Shown: piece by piece, positions 27,011-33,096 of the stretch | Position numbering within the stretch: the first letter of the stretch is position 1 | Layout: every line of letters starts with the position of its first letter | IMG/VR virus record: IMGVR_UViG_3300027903_000005 | DNA: 37,554 nucleotides | Origin: a virus | Direction: 5' to 3' (one strand) | Made by a program: the position numbers and the translations under genes | The notes under the pieces: model-generated | What the model was told of the DNA's origin: nothing | Databases searched by the model: none | What the model saw: the letters and a program-made list of their open reading frames with translations, nothing else

Positions 27011-27466
27011 ATGGCAACGAATACACAATTAAATACAGCCTCTGTACCTATTCCTGTTTTTACAGCTACAATTAGTTTGTCTTCTGCAAATATTCAGGCT
27101 ATGTATGTTACTCCAGTTCTTTTATTAGCAGCTCAGGGAGCTCATACATGTATACTTATTAGGGATGTTTTCAATGAATATATATTTAATAGTTCCGGTT
27201 ATTCAAATGGAGATGCTCCTCAAATACAATATGGAAATGTTGGATCAGATGCTAGCCTGTCCTCATTTGTTTTTTATTTAAACAATATAGTTACTGGATC
27301 TTCAAGTAGTTTTTATTCTATTTCAGGAGAACCAACCGGAAATATTCCTACGACACTTTCTGTTAATGCTGGAATATACATATCAAATCAAAGTGCTTCA
27401 TATACAGGTGGAAACTCAACGTTAAAAGTAACAATAAATTATTCAGTAATAACAACAACTGCTTGA
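27011..27466 (+). CDS. stand-alone Z-domain protein H (151 aa)
   Basis: MATNTQLNTASVP...TPVLLLAAQGAHTCILIRDVFNEY...IQYGNVGSD...VTINYSVITTTA. Confidence 0.7.
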   Translation: MATNTQLNTASVPIPVFTATISLSSANIQAMYVTPVLLLAAQGAHTCILIRDVFNEYIFNSSGYSNGDAPQIQYGNVGSDASLSSFVFYLNNIVTGSSSSFYSISGEPTGNIPTTLSVNAGIYISNQSASYTGGNSTLKVTINYSVITTTA

Positions 27467-27484
27467 TATGGAAGATTAAGGAAC

Positions 27485-27931
27485 ATGACAGTAAATACAC
27501 AAATAAATAGCACTGTTGAATATTTAAAGTCAACGGTTACACTTTCTTCAGCAAACATTAAAGGTATGTATGCTGCTCCTGTTATTTTAATACCAGCTCA
27601 AGGTGCTCATACTATAATAATGATTCATGATGTGCTATTGGAATTAGTTTTTAGCACGCTTGCGTATACAGGTAGCGATGGGAATGGATCTGTTATTATG
27701 CAATATGGAAACACAGTCCATGGAGCTGGCCCATCTGCACTTATTATTAATAGCATTGTTACTGGAGCAGTAAATTCAGTTGGAACGTCAGCAAACGTAA
27801 ACATTTCTGATTCTCCTACTAATTATATTAATGCTGCTATATATGCATCTAATACTACATCAGCTTACGCAACCGGAAGCGGAACTATAAATTGCACAAT
27901 ATTTTATTCAATTATAAATACGATCACATAA
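27485..27931 (+). CDS. stand-alone Z-domain protein I (148 aa)
   Basis: MTVNTQINS...APVILIPAQGAHTIIMIHDVLLEL...MQYGNTVHG...CTIFYSIINTIT. Confidence 0.7.
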   Translation: MTVNTQINSTVEYLKSTVTLSSANIKGMYAAPVILIPAQGAHTIIMIHDVLLELVFSTLAYTGSDGNGSVIMQYGNTVHGAGPSALIINSIVTGAVNSVGTSANVNISDSPTNYINAAIYASNTTSAYATGSGTINCTIFYSIINTIT

Positions 27932-27943
27932 TAGGTAATAAAA

Positions 27944-28126
27944 ATGAATAAACAATCTGGATCGATAGGGTTATGTTTTGTGTTTCTTCTAGCTTGCGTT
28001 GCAGTCTATGCCGTAGGGTATTATGGATGTAATTGCATGGAGGATTTTGATGATTCAGATTTACAAAATGTGGAATCTATACAACTTACAGACATTTATA
28101 ATGATCCATTAGAAAAAGTTAAATAA
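27944..28126 (+). CDS. small membrane or lipoprotein-like protein (60 aa)
   Basis: Hydrophobic N-terminus IGLCFVFLLACVAVYAVGYYG with a possible lipobox (LLAC). The C-terminus is acidic. It is the last gene of the + strand unit. Confidence 0.5.
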   Translation: MNKQSGSIGLCFVFLLACVAVYAVGYYGCNCMEDFDDSDLQNVESIQLTDIYNDPLEKVK

Positions 28127-28164
28127 CTATATTATTTTTATTGAAATTTACTGTATTTAATTAT

Positions 28165-28192
28165 GGTGATTATAGTAATAATCACCCTTTTG
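28165..28192 (+). terminator. candidate intrinsic terminator of the late + strand operon
   Basis: GGTGATTAT (28165-28173), loop AGTA, ATAATCACC (28178-28186), then CTTTTG. Confidence 0.45.
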
Positions 28193-28286
28193 ATAAAACA
28201 TGCTTTGCTTCTGACTTATTTCAGTCTTTTTACTTATTTTTTGTTTTTATTGGTAACTAAGAAAGTTTGGAATTGTATTTTGAGTC

Positions 28287-28303
28287 GGTGACAAATTGTC
28301 ACC
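28287..28303. repeat. perfect 7-3-7 palindrome GGTGACA-AAT-TGTCACC in the non-coding gap
   Basis: Read directly from the sequence. Confidence 0.8.
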
Positions 28304-28423
28304 AGTTGATTTTGATTTGTAACTTATAACGACCTTCCCTCAAACAACAAGGGATTGCCGGCTTTAGTATTATGCCAGGTCAGTTTATCTATGAACGAGC
28401 GAACTGTCAAGGATTACTTGATA

Positions 28424-28456
28424 GTTCAAATGGTTATAAAATGTAACCATTTGAAC
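28424..28456. terminator. perfect 13-bp stem / 7-nt loop hairpin just downstream of the last leftward gene; candidate bidirectional terminator
   Basis: GTTCAAATGGTTA (28424-28436) pairs fully with TAACCATTTGAAC (28444-28456). It lies 33 nt from the stop of 28489..28746. Confidence 0.45.
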
Positions 28457-28488
28457 TTATAACTAATGGTTACTAGTTGATCCATTCA

Positions 28489-28746
28489 TTACCTATCGAC
28501 CTTATTACAAACAGATTGAAACATTTTCAAATTTTTCATAAGTTTCTTATCTAAAATAAATTCGGAAGACTTATACATTTCTTCTACTTCAGGAAGAATT
28601 TCAGTTATACATTCAATTATATAACCCATAGTACAATCTTGTATTTCTTTTTTGTCTTCATTTATCTTATCAGCTAGTCTTCGTAATATATAAATAAGCG
28701 TTTTTTCATCAAATATTTCTATTATAGAATCTATTTTTATATCCAT
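28489..28746 (-). CDS. hypothetical protein (85 aa), last gene of the leftward operon
   Basis: Starts 3 nt after the upstream stop. Looks helical. No motif recognised. Confidence 0.6.
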   Translation of the reverse strand: MDIKIDSIIEIFDEKTLIYILRRLADKINEDKKEIQDCTMGYIIECITEILPEVEEMYKSSEFILDKKLMKNLKMFQSVCNKVDR

Positions 28747-28749
28747 TTT

Positions 28750-28959
28750 TTAATTATTATCCGATAATAATTTTTTCAAATAATCTCTTCTATTTATCAA
28801 ATATTCTCTAGATTTAGGTATTGAATTCATAACATCTGAGCATTGTTCTTTTGTAAAACATTCCTCTTCAATACCCTCTTTGAGGCTTTTCTCAAACTCA
28901 TACATTCTTTTTAGTATATCCAAAATAAGCTGTAATTCTTCTTTTTGTTTGTTGCTCAT
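28750..28959 (-). CDS. hypothetical protein (69 aa)
   Basis: The ATG overlaps the upstream stop (ATGA). Confidence 0.6.
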   Translation of the reverse strand: MSNKQKEELQLILDILKRMYEFEKSLKEGIEEECFTKEQCSDVMNSIPKSREYLINRRDYLKKLLSDNN

Positions 28960-29243
28960 AATATTTGTAAGTATTTCTTCTTATTCTTATCGTACTCTAG
29001 AATACTTAAAGCTTGCTCTAGTTCGCTTCTAAAGAAATCCGATATTGTATTGATTGTCATAGTTGATAAAAGAGCAGTTATTAAAAAATAACTATAATCT
29101 TGATATAGGTTATGTTCAGAAAAATACCATAAACCAAATATTACAGCTGAAATAAACAAGAACCTAACCCTAGAGTTTAGTTTGCTATAGAATCGTATTT
29201 TATCTATTTTATTAATAATATTTCGCGTTAAAGGTATCATCAT
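28956..29243 (-). CDS. small two-TM membrane protein (95 aa); candidate immunity protein, or alternatively a holin
   Basis: I start it at the MM pair (29243/29240), overlapping the upstream TAA (TAATG). The sequence is MMIPLTRNIINKIDKIRFYSKLNSRVRFLFISAVIFGLWYF...YFLITALLSTMTI... The longer track ORF (to 29417) would overlap the upstream gene out of frame. Confidence 0.6.
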   Translation of the reverse strand: MMIPLTRNIINKIDKIRFYSKLNSRVRFLFISAVIFGLWYFSEHNLYQDYSYFLITALLSTMTINTISDFFRSELEQALSILEYDKNKKKYLQIL

Positions 29244-29548
29244 TATTTTTTGTTCTCTTTCCAAGCGTGATAAGCCTCTGAATACATAAATGCAAATGCA
29301 GTTCCGGTTCCCGCTATGCTTCCTCCGGCTATACACCCATAAATGCCACCCGTTCTTGCTCCATTTATGCATCCAAATACAGAAGCATTTCCAGCCAATA
29401 TTGCAGCTAATTTCCAATCGGTATTGCTATATGGGTCTACTCTAGGGGTTGGAACATAATGATTACTATTGTCTACAAATTCACAAGTATAAATATTTCT
29501 TATTGCTCCGGATATTGATTTTAAATATTTATTTTCTAATATTTTCAT
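29243..29548 (-). CDS. class II microcin/bacteriocin-like precursor: 15-aa double-glycine-type leader plus a Gly-rich hydrophobic mature region
   Basis: The leader MKILENKYLKSISGA has L at -12, L at -7, I at -4, G at -2 and A at -1. For comparison, the microcin L leader ends in SGA (recalled from memory). The mature part contains LAAILAGNASVFGCINGARTGGIYGCIAGGSIAGTGTAFAFM. Confidence 0.55.
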   Translation of the reverse strand: MKILENKYLKSISGAIRNIYTCEFVDNSNHYVPTPRVDPYSNTDWKLAAILAGNASVFGCINGARTGGIYGCIAGGSIAGTGTAFAFMYSEAYHAWKENKK

Positions 29549-29802
29549 CCTGTGAACATCTCCGGATATAAAGACTTCATAACATGTAAATGATATTGAT
29601 ATGCCATCATATCAGATTGCATACTTCTAAAGCTTTCTCCAGCATCTATTCTTTTTTGAAACTCTGGTGGTAGGCTTCCATCATATTGCATGGTATATGC
29701 TACATATGAATATTGGCTACTATTGGACTTTGATTCTTCTGTATATGTCATGCTGGCAGAGCCAGAAACAAATTTGGTTTGCTCTATGTTTAGTAAATTC
29801 AT
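29545..29802 (-). CDS. 85-aa protein with a double-glycine-like 15-aa N-terminal leader (MNLLNIEQTKFVSGS)
   Basis: SD AAGGA. L at -12, V at -4, G at -2. The stop overlaps the next ATG (ATGA). Confidence 0.5.
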   Translation of the reverse strand: MNLLNIEQTKFVSGSASMTYTEESKSNSSQYSYVAYTMQYDGSLPPEFQKRIDAGESFRSMQSDMMAYQYHLHVMKSLYPEMFTG

Positions 29803-29883
29803 GATAATCCTTCTTTGTTATATAAGAAAAAGATTACCATGAAGTTACAACAATAGTAATTATTATTTTAATAATCTAGATAA

Positions 29884-30048
29884 CTATCTTTTAGGTGCTA
29901 ACTTAAACTTATATATCTGTCCGTTTCCTGTATCGGCTCTATAGGAGGCCTCTTTTGTAAGATTTACAGAAGAACATCCGAACAGCCATGACAGTATAAA
30001 CAAAATTCCTAAAATTTCTAAAAATGACCATATAGTTTTATGTTTCAT
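29884..30048 (-). CDS. small lipoprotein (54 aa), below the ORF-track cutoff
   Basis: Own translation: MKHKTIWSFLEILGILFILSWLFGCSSVNLTKEASYRADTGNGQIYKFKLAPKR. The lipobox is LFGC. The ATG lies 2 nt after the recT stop, with GGGAGAG supplied by the end of recT. Confidence 0.6.
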   Translation of the reverse strand: MKHKTIWSFLEILGILFILSWLFGCSSVNLTKEASYRADTGNGQIYKFKLAPKR

Positions 30049-30050
30049 TT

Positions 30051-30818
30051 TTACTCTCCCATTCCAGCTAATTTGTCGGCTAATTTATCTGATTGAGTTT
30101 GAATATCTACAATATTATCTTGTTCAGAAAGCATTCCCTCGACTACATCTCCCATTCTTTGGTCACCTCTCTCTGCAGCTTCATCTAAAGCAATAGCATT
30201 ATTAAGAGATATAGATGATGGCACTAATTTTAACAAGCGTCTAATGACTGTTTTTTGTGCCATTTGCTCCATATCAGTAACCCATGGTCCAGATCCACCG
30301 CTTCTAGAGCGATTTCTTATCTTATTTATGTCGCCCATATTCATAAAATCAAACTGTTTATATCCGTTTCTCATAGTAACAACGGAATATACCCCAATCA
30401 TTGGTCCGCGCTCTTCTATGCTTGGCTCATGCTCTATTCCTGGAGAAGTTCCTCTTTTCATAGAAAAAGTATCGTTTTTATAAACACATGCTGCTTCGAC
30501 GGAAGTTATTTTATCTGACCGATGACTTAGTTCTATCATACCTTTGTACCCTAACATTAGTGTTGCCTGTGTTCCATAGGGGACTAAATAGACCATCCCT
30601 GAAATCCCAGGCTCTAATCCTAGTTGAGCGCATGACATAATGGTACCACATATAGATTCTACGGTGCATTTATTTAACATTGCGTTCTTTTTAAGTTCAC
30701 TATAAGCAAGCATTATTAATCGATCAGAACACATATGTACTGGAAGAGCTTTATCTAAATAAGGTTGCATCTCCACTAATCTTTTATAAGCTGGAACTAA
30801 GCTTGAATTAATTGTCAT
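30051..30818 (-). CDS. recT: RecT-family single-strand annealing protein
   Basis: CAQLGLEPGISGMVYLVPYG...LMLGYKGMIEL...IGVYSVV...GPWVTDMEQMAQKTVIRRLLKLVP matches RecT family signatures. Confidence 0.9.
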   Translation of the reverse strand: MTINSSLVPAYKRLVEMQPYLDKALPVHMCSDRLIMLAYSELKKNAMLNKCTVESICGTIMSCAQLGLEPGISGMVYLVPYGTQATLMLGYKGMIELSHRSDKITSVEAACVYKNDTFSMKRGTSPGIEHEPSIEERGPMIGVYSVVTMRNGYKQFDFMNMGDINKIRNRSRSGGSGPWVTDMEQMAQKTVIRRLLKLVPSSISLNNAIALDEAAERGDQRMGDVVEGMLSEQDNIVDIQTQSDKLADKLAGMGE

Positions 30819-30821
30819 TTT

Positions 30822-31745
30822 TTAAAGTCCTTCATTAGGTTGTTTTATTACGAATCGTCTTTGAGACGAGCATGATTTTATATATTTCTTATAAATTTGC
30901 TCATTCTCTTTTTTAAATGTAGGTGCATCAAATCTGCTGGTTTCTCTTGTCTGTTTCCATGTAGCAACTATTTTACCAGATGTGGATAGCAATGTGTCAT
31001 TTTGACCCATATATATTTTTATCTTGTCTTCGATCTTTTGTTTTTTTTCTTCAGATTCTTTTATGGTGATTTTCAATTCCTCTAGTTTGTCTATTTCTTC
31101 TTGTATATCACCATTTGCAATGATGGGTTCTTGGACTGAAGCATATCCGTATAAACTTAATACTTCTTGACCAGTTGAAACTTCCGGAGCTGTTTCTGTT
31201 TTTACCGCATGCCAGAATTTCTCGTATTTTTTCAGCATCATTTCTTCAAGTTTTAAATTTCTATCTATAACATAATGTCTAAAATCACTACCACGAATCA
31301 ATACTGCAACATAAGCTTTTTGCGTATTAGTAACCATCATGTAATGAGATACCTGTAATAGATAATGGTCAGGTATTTTATTCTCTCCTTGTTCTCCCCA
31401 TCCTAATTCGCTTGAAGATGTTTTTGCTTCAAATATTGCATCGTCTTCTACTCTCCCATCAATATTCCCCGCCAAATACGGTATAGTTGGATGCACTATT
31501 AGATTATTATCTATAGTTACCTCTATACCTGTTTCTGATTCAAACCATTTTATAACAGAGGGCTCAAGAAAATTACCAGCCTTAACATAAGGATTATCCG
31601 ATATATCTTTTGGAGTTCTTTGTCTAATTTTCTCCTGCCATAACTCTATGATGTTACCCCATTTTGAAACACCACAGATTACGGCAGAATCAGAACCACA
31701 AATATAATTCAAACGCTCCTCTAGTTGTAATGATGTCAAACTCAT
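30822..31745 (-). CDS. YqaJ-type (lambda Exo-like) recombination exonuclease
   Basis: ICGSDSAVICGVSKWGNIIELWQEK, GNFLEPSVIKWFE, NIDGRVEDDAIFEAKT and HYLLQVSHYMMVT are typical YqaJ/PD-(D/E)XK motifs. It lies immediately upstream of recT. Confidence 0.9.
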   Translation of the reverse strand: MSLTSLQLEERLNYICGSDSAVICGVSKWGNIIELWQEKIRQRTPKDISDNPYVKAGNFLEPSVIKWFESETGIEVTIDNNLIVHPTIPYLAGNIDGRVEDDAIFEAKTSSSELGWGEQGENKIPDHYLLQVSHYMMVTNTQKAYVAVLIRGSDFRHYVIDRNLKLEEMMLKKYEKFWHAVKTETAPEVSTGQEVLSLYGYASVQEPIIANGDIQEEIDKLEELKITIKESEEKKQKIEDKIKIYMGQNDTLLSTSGKIVATWKQTRETSRFDAPTFKKENEQIYKKYIKSCSSQRRFVIKQPNEGL

Positions 31746-31912
31746 CTTGTCCTGTCCTCTGATGTCATATAATCAGCTAAAAAGAAATCCGCATGTTTTC
31801 TTTTTAGGTTAGATATTTTAAAGTTTTTATAGGCGTCCACAATAATATGTTCTAAAATGTTAAAACAAATGTGCATTACAAACATAATCAACATTAAAAA
31901 TATAATAATCAT
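31742..31912 (-). CDS. small hydrophobic protein (56 aa), below the track cutoff
   Basis: Own translation: MIIIFLMLIMFVMHICFNILEHIIVDAYKNFKISNLKRKHADFFLADYMTSEDRTR. SD AGGGG. The stop overlaps the exonuclease ATG (ATGA). Confidence 0.5.
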   Translation of the reverse strand: MIIIFLMLIMFVMHICFNILEHIIVDAYKNFKISNLKRKHADFFLADYMTSEDRTR

Positions 31913-31924
31913 AGTTTTCCCCTG

Positions 31925-32041
31925 TCAGTTAAAAAGATAATTTTTCCAGTTATTCTCTTGCTCAGTCCATATAGCTTCTTTTGATTCAGCTTCTTCTATT
32001 TCAATTTCATCTTCATCTCCATGATAGTATTCAAAACCCAT
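31925..32041 (-). CDS. acidic micro-protein (38 aa)
   Basis: Own translation: MGFEYYHGDEDEIEIEEAESKEAIWTEQENNWKNYLFN. A GGAGGTGA SD is present. The ATG overlaps the upstream TAA. Confidence 0.45.
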   Translation of the reverse strand: MGFEYYHGDEDEIEIEEAESKEAIWTEQENNWKNYLFN

Positions 32042-32172
32042 TACTCACCTCCATGTATATAATCGTCTTGAGCCGCTTGCTCTATTTCTTCCCCTTTTTC
32101 TACTCCAAAAAAGAAATTTATTAATTCGTATTGATAGTCGCTTATCTTTCTGTTTAATTCTGTATCGTTCAT
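32041..32172 (-). CDS. acidic micro-protein (43 aa), first gene of the leftward operon
   Basis: Own translation: MNDTELNRKISDYQYELINFFFGVEKGEEIEQAAQDDYIHGGE. AAGGA lies 8 nt upstream of the ATG. Confidence 0.45.
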   Translation of the reverse strand: MNDTELNRKISDYQYELINFFFGVEKGEEIEQAAQDDYIHGGE

Positions 32173-32224
32173 TTATAAAGTCCTTAATTCGGTTTTTTGT
32201 AGTCAAAATCAACCACATGAAAGA

Positions 32225-32253
32225 ATTATACAAACTTGTGTTACAAGTGTCAA
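32225..32253 (-). promoter_or_regulatory. consensus sigma-70 promoter driving the leftward (early) operon
   Basis: The minus strand reads TTGACA, then cttgtaacacaagtttg (17 nt), then TATAAT. Confidence 0.65.
32234..32248. promoter_or_regulatory. palindromic operator candidate ACTTGT-GTT-ACAAGT inside the promoter spacer
   Basis: A perfect 6-3-6 inverted repeat, nested in the longer AAACTTG...CAAGTTT symmetry (32232-32257). Confidence 0.5.
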
Positions 32254-32272
32254 GTTTTATTTAATAAAAATT

Positions 32273-32314
32273 AACTTAATTAAGTTTGACTATATTTAAA
32301 TTACCATGTAACAT
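32273..32314 (+). promoter_or_regulatory. candidate rightward promoter with an overlapping 14-bp palindrome
   Basis: AACTTAATTAAGTT (32273-32286) is a perfect palindrome. It is followed by TTGACT (32286-32291), a 17-nt spacer and TAACAT (32309-32314), upstream of the RHH gene. Confidence 0.4.
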
Positions 32315-32345
32315 TCCTTTCTAACTTGATTGAAAAGGTGCTTAT

Positions 32346-32540
32346 ATGAACGAAAATAAAGAAAAGAAAGTAACTATGTCTATAAGGCTTACAGAAAGTG
32401 AATTCGCAAAAATCAGAAGGACTTGTTATAGAGATGAAATTAAACCTGCCACTTTTGCATACCAAAGAATGATGGCTGGTATTGAAGAGCTTATTAAGAA
32501 GCAAGAAACCGACGGTTATCAATGCATGAATCCGCTATGA
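32346..32540 (+). CDS. ribbon-helix-helix DNA-binding protein (Arc/CopG/MobC-like)
   Basis: KKVTMSIRLTESEFAKIRRTCYRDEIKPATFAYQRMMAGIEELI fits a beta-strand / helix / helix RHH layout. It lies at the divergent promoter region. Confidence 0.6.
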   Translation: MNENKEKKVTMSIRLTESEFAKIRRTCYRDEIKPATFAYQRMMAGIEELIKKQETDGYQCMNPL

Positions 32541-32767
32541 GGTTTGTCGGAAGAGAAATTATGGTACCTACAAGCGCATATAAGCCATTCCATTGGAACG
32601 CAAAACTGTTCCCCGGTGTCTAGGGCTATATCTAGGTAATTTTCAAATTCTGAAGGTCTTATGTCGAAATAATCCAGGTTCTCTTCTTGCACATAAGATT
32701 CTTCCGAAGCGTTTTCGTCCGGTTCATAATCTGCTGGGTCGCTGCTTAACAGTTTGAAATATGACAT
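32519..32767 (-). CDS. acidic hypothetical protein (about 82 aa)
   Basis: I prefer ATG 32767 (MSYFKLLSSDPADYEPDENASEESYVQEENLDYFD...), which follows GGAG. Its 3' end overlaps the convergent RHH gene by 22 nt. Confidence 0.5.
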   Translation of the reverse strand: MSYFKLLSSDPADYEPDENASEESYVQEENLDYFDIRPSEFENYLDIALDTGEQFCVPMEWLICACRYHNFSSDKPHSGFMH

Positions 32768-32832
32768 ATAAATACACTCCATGTGATTAATACCCAAATT
32801 TTAGTATTACACATATTTTAATAAAAAAATAA

Positions 32833-33096
32833 ATGAGTAAAAATAAAATGCATGCTGATTGTTTTCTTGTTAATTATTTTTTAAGTGCAGATGATGAGAC
32901 TTTGTTTAATAGAAAAACAACTGCACAGCTAATAGGGGAGACTCACGCATGGATGGATCAAAGGGCTATAAGGGGTGGTGGAATACCGTATACAAGGAAA
33001 GGGTGTAGATGTTTCTATAGAAAAATGGATATTTTGAAGTGGTTAGAAGAATTTAGACATAAAAAAGCCGAAGGTAGAAGTATTATCTCTATTTAG
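32833..33096 (+). CDS. AlpA/excisionase-like (MerR-type) HTH DNA-binding protein
   Basis: KTTAQLIGETHAWMDQRAIRGGGIPYTRKGCRCFYRKMDILKWLEEF fits the HTH-plus-wing pattern of excisionase/AlpA-type proteins. Confidence 0.55.
   Translation: MSKNKMHADCFLVNYFLSADDETLFNRKTTAQLIGETHAWMDQRAIRGGGIPYTRKGCRCFYRKMDILKWLEEFRHKKAEGRSIISI

Noticed and set aside
20431-27931. A diversity-generating retroelement, shufflon or invertible cassette as an explanation for the repeated fibre modules.
   Set aside because: The complete genome has no reverse transcriptase, invertase or recombinase. The paralogous DNA segments I compared are only about four-fifths identical, with mismatches at all four bases rather than adenine-specific ones. 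I saw no inverted-repeat crossover sites flanking the modules.
29244-29417. The N-terminal 58 codons of track ORF 28956..29417 (MEISCNIGWKCFCIWMHKW...).
   Set aside because: This part overlaps the microcin-like gene out of frame. The internal MM start at 29243/29240 overlaps the upstream stop (TAATG) and yields a clean 2-TM protein.
32045-32233. A 62-aa basic minus-strand ORF from the track in the early leftward leader.
   Set aside because: It has no SD and would start inside the promoter -10 region. Two SD-preceded, stop/start-overlapping micro-ORFs in another frame (32041..32172 and 31925..32041) explain the region better.
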